The translations under genes and the position numbers were made by a program. Shown one piece after another: positions 9,875 to 19,326 of a DNA stretch of 64,000 nucleotides. The first letter of the stretch is position 1. Every line of letters begins with the position of its first letter. The stretch is from Candidatus Krumholzibacteriia bacterium (GTDB lineage Bacteria > Krumholzibacteriota > Krumholzibacteriia > LZORAL124-64-63): positions 4,847 through 68,846 of the forward strand of contig CALOFL010000004.1 in assembly GCA_942492615.1 (NCBI GenBank), written 5' to 3'. Under the pieces are notes generated by a model. It did not search any database, had not been told where the DNA came from, and saw only the letters and a program-made list of their open reading frames with translations.

Positions 9875-12800
9875 ATGGGACTCCTCGCTTTGGCCGTCAT
9901 GGCCCACGGACCGGGCGGATTCGTGCCGGAATGCACGCAAGGGCCGGACAATCACTGCCGGACCCTGGTAAGCAAGAAACAGACCTGGCTGAGGAACCGC
10001 TAAGTGGAGCGGGGAGCCTTCCGTCTGTGGCGACAGGACCTCTGTTGACCCGGCCTTGGCAGCGCCGCGCCGGCGGAGCCAGCGGCCCAAGCGGGCCAGG
10101 CCCCAGCCCCAGCGCGTGAACATCCAGTACAGAGCCGGCAGCGCACTGAGGATCAGCACGGTGCTGCTGCCCAGACCGCCGATGGAACTGAGCGCCAGGT
10201 TCTCCCAGATGTCCTTGCCGGCGGTGGCGTCCTTCTTGTAGAGCAGCGGCAGCAGACCGGCGATCGTCGTGCCGCTGGTCAGCAGGATCGAACGCATCTG
10301 GATGCGGGTGCCGTCGATGATCGCCCGGCTGAGAACCTTCTGGCGTATCGCGACCGGCAGGCGCCACAGGTCGAACCCGCCCAGGCGGCGCTTGACGGGG
10401 ATCTGGCCGTCCTGGTCGCCCACGGGGAAGTCGCCCTCCTCGACAATTTCCCGCACCTGGAGCCGGAACCGGTTGATCAGCAGGATGGCGTTGTTGACCA
10501 CGATGCCGAACATCAGGATCAGGCCGATCTTGGCCGACGAGTCGAACTCGCTGCCGGTGGCCCAGAAGATGCCGCCGACCCCGGACAGCGCCATGGGGAT
10601 GGACAGCAGCACGAGCAGGGGCAGGAAAAAGCTTTCGAACATGGCCGCCAGCGCCATGAAGATGAACGCCAGGGTCAGCCACAACGTCTGCTTGAGCTCC
10701 TCTTCCTCCTCTTCGGTGATCTGCTGGCCGCTCATGTCCTCGGCCGTGTAGCCGTACGGCAGCTGGATGCCGGCCATGACGTCCTCGATGTACTGTCGAC
10801 GCATGCGGTCGGTGCCGATGTACTCCCAGTTGATCATCTGGCTGTAGCGCTGATCGTGGCGGTTGATGGAGCTGATCTCCGGCCGGCTCTCGATGCTGAT
10901 CAGCCGCCCGAGCTGCACCTTCTGCCCGCGGGCCGTGGTCATGGTCCGGCCGAGCACCTGGTCGTATTCGATGGACTCGGAGTCGTCGAAGGTCAGCATC
11001 AGCCGCTGGTCTTCGCCTTCGACCACCATGTGCCAGGGGTTTTCGACCCCCAGCAGGCGCCGGATGTGGCCCATGACCTCCATCATGCTCAGGCGGTGCG
11101 ACGCCAGGGCATCGCGGTCCAGGATGATGACGGTCTCATCGGTGGCGTTGCGGCTGAAGCGGTCGCCGCTGGTCAGCCGGGGGTTGCGCACCCGGCGGTT
11201 CCTTTCCAGCCGTTCCAGCGCCCCGTCGGTGATCGCCTTGAGTTCCTTGCTGTTGTAGCCGGTGATGCGGATGGTGGAGTTGCTCATGCCGCCGCCGCGG
11301 CCGCCCTTCATGTAGGGGTCGCCGAAGCCGTTGATCCAGATGAACATGCCGCCGAGCTCCTCGGCCAGCACGATGAACTTGTTGCGGAACATCTCCGGGT
11401 ACGCCGTCTGGAGCAGCTCGTCGTCGAATTCGAGGTTGATCCAGGCGCGATTCTGGTAGGCGCCGCTGCGCATGTGGGCGCCTTCGGGCAGGGGCAGCAC
11501 CTCGGTCTCGAACAGCTTGATGGTCTCGCTCGAGAGCTTGACGTCGGTGCCGACGGGGCGCTCGCAGTAGACGACGATCTGTTCCCTGGACTGCGGCCGC
11601 CAGAAACCGCCCGTGCGGACCTTGTCCTTGAAGACGAAGAAGGTGCCGACGAACAGGCCGACGGTGATCAGAACCGGCAGGTACCAGAAACGCAGGTGCC
11701 CGCGGGTCAGCTGCTGCACGTAGCTGACGAAGATGCCCACGGCCAGCAGCAGGCCGCCGAGGACGCCGATCCAGGGCAGGATCTCCTGGGCGGTGAAGCG
11801 TCCTTTCCAGACCCAGGCCCCGATGAAGGCGATGATCGCCAGCAGCACCACGCCCAGCCCCCAGCGCCAGACCATGGCGAATCCCTGCAGGCCGAACTCG
11901 TCGTCGGCGGCGCGGGTGGTCCGCATCTCCTTTTCGGCCGGACCCTTGAGGGCGACGGGGATCCAGGCGAAGGCGACGAAGATCGAAGCCAGCATGGCGA
12001 TACCGACGCTCACGGCCAGGGGCACGTAGAACAGGCTCAGCCGGTCGGTCATGAAGATGAACGACAGGAACGCCACGACCGTGGTCAGGGTGGTGGCCAT
12101 GATCGGGAAAGCGACCTCGCGGGTGCCCCTGATCAGGGCGCGGCGCGAGTCGCCGCCGTGATTGCCGGACAGCCGGCGGTGGATCGCGTCGAGGACCAGG
12201 ATGCTGTTGTCCAGCAGCATGCCGAAGCAGACGGTCAGCCCGCTGATGGTGATGAAGTTGACCGACACCCCGAAGAAGTAGAACAGCGACAGGCAGATGA
12301 CGATGGCCAGCAGGATGGAGAAGATCACGATGCCCGTCAGCCGGACCTGCTTCAGGGCGATCGCCAGCATGATGAACAGCAGCCCCAGGATCACCAGGGA
12401 ACGGATCACCAGTTCCTCCAGCTTGTCTTCTAGTTCTTCGCCCTCGTCCTGGTCGACCTCGAACGTGACGGCGAAGGGGGCTTCGGCCTGGATCCGGGGC
12501 AGCTCCTCGCGCAGGCGGCGGCTGACGACGATGGAATTCTGCCCGCTGCGTTTGGTGATGTTCAGGGTGATCACGTTCTGGCCGTTGATGCGGCTGAAGT
12601 AGGAGATGTCCTCGAAGTCCTCCTGGATGACGGCGACGTGGCCCAGGGTGATCGGCTGCCCGCCGAGATTGCTGAGCACCGTCTCCTCGAGCATGCGCAG
12701 GGAGACGGAGTCCTGCACGCTGACGGTCAGCTCGCGTCCGCTGCGGCGCACGGCCCCGGCCGGGATGATGTCGTCCAGGGCGTTGATCCGGTTGGCGATC

Positions 12801-13405
12801 CCGTCGGCGGTCAGGCCGTAGCGCTCGATCAGTTCGAGGTCGAGCAGGACCTTGACCAGGGGGCGGGCACCGCCGCGCAGCTCGGCGTCCGCCACGCCGG
12901 GAATGGCCAGAAAGCGCGGCAGCAGCCAGGTCTCGGCCCGGTCGCGCAGGGCGTTCATCGACAGCGGGGAGATCAGGCTGACGGCGAAAAAGTCCTCCGC
13001 GCTGAGCTCTTCGGGAACGTAGGGCCGGATGAACGGCTGGCCCGCCTGGCTGGGCAGGGTGCGCCGGACCGAGCCCAGGCGCTCGGACAGTTCCAGCCTG
13101 GCGAACTCCATGTCGGTGCCGCGCTTGTATTTCACCGTCACGCTGCTCTGTCCGTGGCGCGACTGGGAATCAAGATCCTCGACGCCGTGGCAGCCGGCGA
13201 CCGCTTCCTCGATCGGCAGGGTGATCGAACGCTGGATCGCGCTCGGACTGGCGCCGTTCCAGCTGGTGACGATCGACAGCTCGGGCAGGTCGGTTTCGGG
13301 CATGGCCTCGATGTTCAAGCGCGGCAGGGCGTAGATACCCGTCACGATCAGCGCGGCGAATAGCATCCAGGTGGCGACGGGATGGTCGACGGCAAATTTG
13401 ATCAC
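9092..13405 (-). CDS. RND efflux transporter (HAE family) reading through in frame into a C-terminal lipoprotein-like module
   Basis: GTG start with GGAGG RBS at 13405; RND hallmarks (MIKFAVDHPVATWMLFAALIVTGIYALPRL…, 12 TM organisation); the ORF is 1437 aa because no stop separates it from the downstream module. Confidence 0.8.
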   Translation of the reverse strand: MIKFAVDHPVATWMLFAALIVTGIYALPRLNIEAMPETDLPELSIVTSWNGASPSAIQRSITLPIEEAVAGCHGVEDLDSQSRHGQSSVTVKYKRGTDMEFARLELSERLGSVRRTLPSQAGQPFIRPYVPEELSAEDFFAVSLISPLSMNALRDRAETWLLPRFLAIPGVADAELRGGARPLVKVLLDLELIERYGLTADGIANRINALDDIIPAGAVRRSGRELTVSVQDSVSLRMLEETVLSNLGGQPITLGHVAVIQEDFEDISYFSRINGQNVITLNITKRSGQNSIVVSRRLREELPRIQAEAPFAVTFEVDQDEGEELEDKLEELVIRSLVILGLLFIMLAIALKQVRLTGIVIFSILLAIVICLSLFYFFGVSVNFITISGLTVCFGMLLDNSILVLDAIHRRLSGNHGGDSRRALIRGTREVAFPIMATTLTTVVAFLSFIFMTDRLSLFYVPLAVSVGIAMLASIFVAFAWIPVALKGPAEKEMRTTRAADDEFGLQGFAMVWRWGLGVVLLAIIAFIGAWVWKGRFTAQEILPWIGVLGGLLLAVGIFVSYVQQLTRGHLRFWYLPVLITVGLFVGTFFVFKDKVRTGGFWRPQSREQIVVYCERPVGTDVKLSSETIKLFETEVLPLPEGAHMRSGAYQNRAWINLEFDDELLQTAYPEMFRNKFIVLAEELGGMFIWINGFGDPYMKGGRGGGMSNSTIRITGYNSKELKAITDGALERLERNRRVRNPRLTSGDRFSRNATDETVIILDRDALASHRLSMMEVMGHIRRLLGVENPWHMVVEGEDQRLMLTFDDSESIEYDQVLGRTMTTARGQKVQLGRLISIESRPEISSINRHDQRYSQMINWEYIGTDRMRRQYIEDVMAGIQLPYGYTAEDMSGQQITEEEEEELKQTLWLTLAFIFMALAAMFESFFLPLLVLLSIPMALSGVGGIFWATGSEFDSSAKIGLILMFGIVVNNAILLINRFRLQVREIVEEGDFPVGDQDGQIPVKRRLGGFDLWRLPVAIRQKVLSRAIIDGTRIQMRSILLTSGTTIAGLLPLLYKKDATAGKDIWENLALSSIGGLGSSTVLILSALPALYWMFTRWGWGLARLGRWLRRRGAAKAGSTEVLSPQTEGSPLHLAVPQPGLFLAYQGPAVIVRPLRAFRHESARSVGHDGQSEESHTMRNASKFVLMSLLLTSLFALVGCGSDDPASPTTTNSVDSATAEEFAVQALDMINSMAADIPYVSDGDFTQGTFAKAGEQPEWDPQQMAWVYDVTLDLSEGDPPTTTGEIRASVWIQFRNAEGPLTSSVGATEMEYRAGSGMTMNMAEDGVVANIEFDMATTMLVAYRQDGGYDVDGTGDANVSAYQSNGSQSERAAFHMAWGMDLMIQPEGCPSGTAFVDLAPYRMDATYDGQGNAAWTFTGPNYAAEGTELVGCGQPL

Positions 13406-13418
13406 GAAGGGCGCCTCC

Positions 13419-16400
13419 TCAATAGGCCTTGTCGGTCTTCCGGTGGAGCATCTCGTAGACCACCGGGGTCAGGAACAGGGTAAGAAAAGTCGCGATGCTC
13501 AGCCCGCCGATGATGGCGATGGCCAGCGGCCGCTGCATCTGTTCGCCGGTGCCCAGTCCCAGGCCCATCGGCACCATGGCCAGCACGGTGGTGACCGTGG
13601 TCATCACGATCGGTCGGAAACGCAGCGCGCTGGCTTCCATGATGGCCTCGCGTCCGCTCATGCCGTCGGACCGCAGGCGCCGGATCGTGGCCACCTTGAC
13701 GATGGCGTCGTTCACGGAGATACCCAGCAAGGCGATCATACCGATCAGGGAGATGATGTTGATGCTCTGCCCGGTGATGAACAGGGTGGCCACCGCGCCC
13801 ATGATGCCGACCGGCAGCACGGCCGAGATGATCAACGGATCGAGAAAACTCTCGAACTGGGCGGCCAGGATCATGTAGACCAGCAGGCCCGACAGCAGCA
13901 GCGCCCAGCCGAGATCGCGGAAGCTGCTGTTGATCTCCTCCTGTTCGCCGCCGGTGATGAAGGCCAGGCCTTCGGGCGTCTCGAGGTTGGCTATCAGGTC
14001 GCGCACGTCGTCCCAGACGTCGGCGACGCCGCGGCCGTTGATGTCGCCGCTGATGGAGATCTGGCGGCGCTGGTCGCGGCGCACGATCTCGCGTACGGGC
14101 GTGCCGGAGGTCTGGATGATGAACGAGCCCAGCGGCACCGTCTTGTCCTCGCCGAGGGCGACGGGGGAGGCCAGGACCTTGGCCAGGTCGTAACGCTGCG
14201 TCCGCGGCAGGCGCACGGCGATGTCGATCCGCTGCTCGATTTCGTTGTAGGTCGTGGCCACCGTTCCCTGGATGCGGTTGCGCAGCTCGCGGGCCAGGGC
14301 GTCGGGCTCCAGCCCGTAACGCAGCGCCTTCTCCCGGTCGATGGTGATTTCCACCGTCGGGTTGCCCATCACCCGGTCCATGCCCACGTCCGCCAGGCCC
14401 GGGATCGCCCGCAGCTTCGGCAGGATCGAGTCGGCCATGGCGAAGGCCTCGCTGGGCTTCTCGGCCACGATGCCGAGGGTGAAGGCGGCTTCGCCGCTGG
14501 CGAGGATTTCGCGCAGACCCACGCCTTCCTCGCTGAAGGTGAAGATGGCCCCCTGCCTGTCGGCCAATCGTTCCTGGAGCCGCGCCTTCACCTTGTCCAT
14601 GTCGCTGCGGCCGTGGCGGCTGGGCTTGAGCATCACCCGCGTGCGGGCCGTGTTGGCGGCGCTGTATTCCTTGAGGCTGGCCAGGGTCTTCTCGGTGACG
14701 CCGACCTGGCTGTAGACCGTGGCCACCTCGGGCATCGTCACCAGGTAGCCGGCCAGATCGCCGGCCGCTTCGTAGGTGGATTCCAGGGGCGTGCCGGCCG
14801 GCAGTTCCATCGCCAGCGTGAAATCGCCGCGCGAGCGGTCGGGCATGAACGACAACCGCATCTCCTTGCCCAGAAGGACCGTCGCAACCAGGGCGATCAG
14901 CACGGCGGTCAGGAAGTAGACCTTGTGGTCCATGACCCGGCCGAGCACACCGTGGTAGTGGTTCATGACGGCCTGGAAAGCGTTCTCGAACGGCCGGAAG
15001 ATCAAGCTGGGCCTGTCCTTGGGCGTCTTGAGGATGTGGGCCGACAGCATCGGCTGCAGGAGCAGGGCGGCGAAGATCGACACCATCAGACTGATGGTCA
15101 CGGTCAGGGCCTGGTCGCGGAAGAACTCGCCGGCGATACCCGGCACATAGATGACCGGGAAGAAGACCGCGACGGTCGTCAGGGTCGCCGCGATCACGGG
15201 TGAGGCCACCTCGGACGCCCCGTCGGCGCAGATCTCCGCGATGGGCTGGCCGCTGCCCTTCTTCATCTTCAGGTGGCGGTTGATGTTCTCCAGGACCACG
15301 ATCGAGTTGTCCACGAGCATACCGGCGGCCAGCGACAGGCCGCCCAGCGACATCAGGTTCAGCCCGACGTCGGCGAAGTAGAGAAAGGCGAACGTGGTCA
15401 TGATCGAGACGGGGATGGCCAGACCGACGACCACGGGGCTGCGCCAGTTCATCAGGAACAGGAACAGCACCAGGAAAGCCAGGCCGGCGCCGTACTTCAG
15501 GGAGTCCTCGAGGCCCTTGAAGCTCTCCTCGACGAAATCGGCGTCCTTGTAGATGAACGAGTAGTCGAAGTCGACATACTGTTCGCCGAGAATGCCGAGA
15601 ACCTTGTCGACCTCCGCCGTGGTCGCGATGGTGTTCTCGCCCACCTCCTTGTACAGGTGCAGGGAAACCACCTCTTCGTCGCCGTTCAGGGTAAAGCCCT
15701 CGGGCTCCTTGATGGTGTCGACGACCTGCGCGACGTCATTGATCGTGATGCCCGGCCCGGCGGCGGGGATCTCGGTCTTGCGGATCTCATCGAGGTTTTC
15801 GTATTCGCCGAGGATGCGCAGCGGCAGGTGGAGGGGGCCCTTGCGGATGCGTCCGCCGGGAAAACTGATGTTGGCGACCCGCAGGGCGGTGCTCAGGTCC
15901 TCCATGGTCAGGCCGTAGAGCCGCAGGCGGTTGAAGTCGGGCTGGACGAGGATTTCCCGTTCGGCCCCGCCGATGACTTCGGCCTGGCTGACGCCGTTGA
16001 TCTGCTCGAGCGCCGGCTTGACGACCTCACGGGCGAACTCCGTCATCCGCGCCATCGGATCGTCGCCGTGCAGCACCAGGATCGCGATGGGCCGCGCGCT
16101 CGGATCCCAGCGCAGGATCAGCGGCCGGTCGGCCTCCTCGGGGAAGTCGTCCCGGTAGGCGACCCGGTCGATGGCTTCGCGCAGGTGCAGGTTGGCGAAG
16201 TCCATCTCCGTGCCCCACTCGTACTGGACGGTGATGGTCGACACGCCTTCGCGGGTCTTGGAGATCACGCGCCGCACGCCCGCCAGGCCGGTGATGACCT
16301 CTTCGAGAGGCTGCGTCACCAGGCGGGTCAGGTCGTCGGCCGGGGTGTCGCTGTAGTTCGTGATGACCGTCAGGTTCGGGTAGTTGATCGAGGGCAGCAG

Positions 16401-16502
16401 GTCGACCGGGAGTCGTTGTCGGGCCTGGAACCCGATGAGGACCAGGCCGGCAAACAGCATCAGGATCGCGACGGGGCGTCGGACGGCATTCTGGATGATC
16501 AT
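13419..16502 (-). CDS. RND efflux transporter (HAE/AcrB-like), first of a tandem pair
   Basis: start MIIQNAVRRPVAILM at 16502 overlapping the MFP stop (ATGA); typical RND periplasmic and TM domains; 1027 aa. Confidence 0.85.
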   Translation of the reverse strand: MIIQNAVRRPVAILMLFAGLVLIGFQARQRLPVDLLPSINYPNLTVITNYSDTPADDLTRLVTQPLEEVITGLAGVRRVISKTREGVSTITVQYEWGTEMDFANLHLREAIDRVAYRDDFPEEADRPLILRWDPSARPIAILVLHGDDPMARMTEFAREVVKPALEQINGVSQAEVIGGAEREILVQPDFNRLRLYGLTMEDLSTALRVANISFPGGRIRKGPLHLPLRILGEYENLDEIRKTEIPAAGPGITINDVAQVVDTIKEPEGFTLNGDEEVVSLHLYKEVGENTIATTAEVDKVLGILGEQYVDFDYSFIYKDADFVEESFKGLEDSLKYGAGLAFLVLFLFLMNWRSPVVVGLAIPVSIMTTFAFLYFADVGLNLMSLGGLSLAAGMLVDNSIVVLENINRHLKMKKGSGQPIAEICADGASEVASPVIAATLTTVAVFFPVIYVPGIAGEFFRDQALTVTISLMVSIFAALLLQPMLSAHILKTPKDRPSLIFRPFENAFQAVMNHYHGVLGRVMDHKVYFLTAVLIALVATVLLGKEMRLSFMPDRSRGDFTLAMELPAGTPLESTYEAAGDLAGYLVTMPEVATVYSQVGVTEKTLASLKEYSAANTARTRVMLKPSRHGRSDMDKVKARLQERLADRQGAIFTFSEEGVGLREILASGEAAFTLGIVAEKPSEAFAMADSILPKLRAIPGLADVGMDRVMGNPTVEITIDREKALRYGLEPDALARELRNRIQGTVATTYNEIEQRIDIAVRLPRTQRYDLAKVLASPVALGEDKTVPLGSFIIQTSGTPVREIVRRDQRRQISISGDINGRGVADVWDDVRDLIANLETPEGLAFITGGEQEEINSSFRDLGWALLLSGLLVYMILAAQFESFLDPLIISAVLPVGIMGAVATLFITGQSINIISLIGMIALLGISVNDAIVKVATIRRLRSDGMSGREAIMEASALRFRPIVMTTVTTVLAMVPMGLGLGTGEQMQRPLAIAIIGGLSIATFLTLFLTPVVYEMLHRKTDKAY

Positions 16503-17827
16503 TGGGCCGCGACCTCGCCGAAGGTGGCGAAGTCCCACTTGTCACGCGGCGGGATGGTCTTGCGGACCTTGATCTTGGCCTCGTGCGCCAGGGTCAGGTG
16601 GTCGCTGACGACCACCTGGTCGCCGGCGGCCAGGGAGCCGCCGCTGTGGACCTTGAGGATCTCCACCCAGTCCTCGTTGGCCAGGCCGATGTCCACGTAG
16701 AGCCAGCGCGCCCGGTCGTCCTCCTTCTTGAACACCAGGGGGCGGTTGTCGCGGATCAGCAGGGCTTCCTTGGGCGCCAGCAGCTTGTCGGCAAACACGA
16801 TGCCGGCGATCTCGGCCCGCACGAACATGCCGGGGCGGAAGCGGCCTTCGGGGTTGCTGAAGCGGATCAGCAGCTCGCAGGTGCGCGAGGCCTCGTCCAG
16901 CGAGGCGCTGATGACGTCGACGGCGGCCTCGAGCGTGTCGCCGGTCGCCGGCACCGCCAGGAGCACCGGACGCCCGGGGGCCAGATGACCGAGATCGGCC
17001 TCGAGCACATTGACGACCGCCTCGAGGTTGTCGTTGTTGACGATGGTGCAGAACGAGTTGCCGACGGTGACGATTTCACCGGTGACCATGGCCAGACTCT
17101 GCACGATACCGGCGAAGGGCGCGCGGATCTCGGTGTACTCCAGGTTGAGCTTGGCCCGCTCCTCGGCCATGCGGGCCTCGGCCAGGCCGGTGCGCTGCTG
17201 GAAGACCGCCTCGCGGAAGGCGCCGTCCTGCAAGGCGTCCATCTCCAGCTCGAGCAGGCGGCCCTGGAACTCGTCGCGTGAGAGCGACCCCTTCTTCAGC
17301 ATCTTTTCCAGTTCGCCGCGCTGCGTCGTGAAATCCTTGATCGCCTCGTGGTTCACACTGAAGGTGTCGGTTTCGGCGGCCATCTGGCTGAGCGCTTGCA
17401 GATGGCGGTAGCGGCTCTCCTCGAGCGCGATCTCGTATTCGCGGGGGTCGATGCGCGCCAGCAGCTGATTCCGGCGGACACGGTCGCCGTCACGCACCAG
17501 GACCTCCAGGAGCTCACCGCCGGACTTGGTCTTGATCACCACCGTCTGCGGTGTGCGGATGGCGCCGTCGGCATAGACGGGCAGCACCAGGTTGCCCTGG
17601 CGAATGGCGCCCACGTTGACCCGGATGGACTTCTCCTTGGTCTTGGTTTCCGCGCTGGTGTCGGCCTCGGCGCTGACGCTGTCGCCGGCTGCGGTCGAAT
17701 CCGCCGCGGCACCGTCACCGTCGCCGCCGAAGCAGCCGCCGAGCGATGCTGTCAGCAGGCAGGTCAGCAGCAGGAGAAAGGGAATCGACAGACGTCCACG
17801 AGCGAGCGCAACCAGCCGGTAATGCAT
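16499..17827 (-). CDS. RND efflux membrane fusion protein (periplasmic adaptor), lipoprotein
   Basis: signal peptide plus lipobox (LTASLGGCF); HlyD/MFP-like coiled-coil and beta-barrel regions; directly upstream of the two RND genes. Confidence 0.8.
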   Translation of the reverse strand: MHYRLVALARGRLSIPFLLLLTCLLTASLGGCFGGDGDGAAADSTAAGDSVSAEADTSAETKTKEKSIRVNVGAIRQGNLVLPVYADGAIRTPQTVVIKTKSGGELLEVLVRDGDRVRRNQLLARIDPREYEIALEESRYRHLQALSQMAAETDTFSVNHEAIKDFTTQRGELEKMLKKGSLSRDEFQGRLLELEMDALQDGAFREAVFQQRTGLAEARMAEERAKLNLEYTEIRAPFAGIVQSLAMVTGEIVTVGNSFCTIVNNDNLEAVVNVLEADLGHLAPGRPVLLAVPATGDTLEAAVDVISASLDEASRTCELLIRFSNPEGRFRPGMFVRAEIAGIVFADKLLAPKEALLIRDNRPLVFKKEDDRARWLYVDIGLANEDWVEILKVHSGGSLAAGDQVVVSDHLTLAHEAKIKVRKTIPPRDKWDFATFGEVAAQ

Positions 17828-17994
17828 TTCGGACCTTCCGGGTCAGGGGTCGGATTGTGCCGGGACAATCCCGGATCAGTTAAAAAAAATATGCCCTTGC
17901 CAGTATAAAGCCTGCGGGCGCCAGCGTCACATGGATTGATGGGGGCCTCGACCACTACGAAAAAACGCCGTTGCGGTTGCAAATCTCCGGTGCC

Positions 17995-19248
17995 TCATTC
18001 GAGGCTCAGGCGGTAGCAGATGACCTCCAGGGGCCGGATCGGTGCCTCTTCCGTGTCGGCGTCCGGATCGTCGGCGCCCTGACCCCGGAAAGCGAACATG
18101 GCTGCGGCGTGTTCGCGCACCAGGACGGCGAGGCCGTCGCCGGGCAGGAACAGGGCGTCCTGGAGTCCCCGGCCTTCGCAGGCGATGGCGACCTGATGGG
18201 TGAAATTGCCCGCCGGGTCGAAGACGTCCCAGGTCGAATGGACACCGGCGGGCTGCTCGCGGACGCCCCGGCTGGGCAGGACCCAGATGCGGCCGTCGCC
18301 GTCGATCTGCACCTCCAGGATGTCTTTTTCGGTGGGCGCCATGTCCAGTCCGATGTTGCGGCGACTGCGGCGCCGCGACGGCATCAACATTTCCTGGGCG
18401 CGGGCCATCTCGGCGGCGGTCCTCTCCCAGGAGCGGTAGGGGCGGGTGATGACCCGCTCGACGCCCCCGTCCGGGGCGTGGACCTCGAGGCGGTAGGTGT
18501 TCCGCAGCGGGGCGATCACCACGCGCCCGTCGGGGCCGAGCGCCCAGCCGCCCCGATGGGGGAAGAATTCTTCCGCTTCGGAAATCTCGGCGCTCCTGAA
18601 CTCGCGGACGGTGGTCGCGCCGAGAAAAACCTCCCCGACCGAGCCGTCGTCGCCGTAGCTGGCGATGAAGTGGTCGGCGGTCCGGGAATTGTCGCCACGG
18701 GTCATCCGCATGCCACTGAGGACAAGACGGTTGCCGACCGCCGCGGCGCCGCGCAGGGCCAGGAAGCCGCCGTCGGTGGGATCGTCGCCACCGGGTCTGA
18801 TCTCACCGGCGGTCACGCCGTCGGGATCCAGCATGACGATGCGGCCGGGGAATCCCTGGACCAGTCCCAGGTTGCCGTTGGGCAGAAACAGAAAAGCGGA
18901 AGCGAAACGCACCTCGCCGGGGCCGTCGCCCCTCCTGCCCAGTGATTTCAGGTATGCACCGTCGGCGTCGAAGACCTGCACCTCGACGAGCTGGACGTCC
19001 AGCAGGTAGACGTTGCCCTGGTCGTCCACCTCGACCTGGTCGATCACGCCCAACAGGTTCTCCTCGTCATCTTCGCCGCCGATGCGCCACAGCTCCTCGA
19101 GGTGTGCCGTCAGCACGCCGGCGCTGGGCACCTCGCCGTTGGCGACGACCGGGACCTCGTCGCCGCAAGCGGTCGCCGCCACCAGGAGAAAGGCGGCCAG
19201 AAGAACCGCGACGCGGGGGACGCTGGGCAGCATGGCGGCAGCAGACAA
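17995..19248 (-). CDS. secreted/lipoprotein beta-propeller-like protein, paralog A
   Basis: signal peptide with Cys (LLVAATACGDE); motif LEELWRIGGEDDEENLLGVIDQVEVDDQGNVYLLD shared with paralog B. Confidence 0.5.
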   Translation of the reverse strand: MSAAAMLPSVPRVAVLLAAFLLVAATACGDEVPVVANGEVPSAGVLTAHLEELWRIGGEDDEENLLGVIDQVEVDDQGNVYLLDVQLVEVQVFDADGAYLKSLGRRGDGPGEVRFASAFLFLPNGNLGLVQGFPGRIVMLDPDGVTAGEIRPGGDDPTDGGFLALRGAAAVGNRLVLSGMRMTRGDNSRTADHFIASYGDDGSVGEVFLGATTVREFRSAEISEAEEFFPHRGGWALGPDGRVVIAPLRNTYRLEVHAPDGGVERVITRPYRSWERTAAEMARAQEMLMPSRRRSRRNIGLDMAPTEKDILEVQIDGDGRIWVLPSRGVREQPAGVHSTWDVFDPAGNFTHQVAIACEGRGLQDALFLPGDGLAVLVREHAAAMFAFRGQGADDPDADTEEAPIRPLEVICYRLSLE

Positions 19249-19326
19249 GATGGACCTCGGTTCGTGGGAGGGAAAACCAGCCCGCAGTCACGCGATGTCC
19301 CGCGGGCTGTTCGTCGGTACTGCGGA

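Noticed and set aside
17851-17865. CCGGGACAATCCCGG hairpin upstream of the MFP gene as an operator
   Set aside because: Only a 6-bp stem with a 3-nt loop. Such short GC palindromes are expected by chance in this composition. No second copy or associated regulator gene is nearby.
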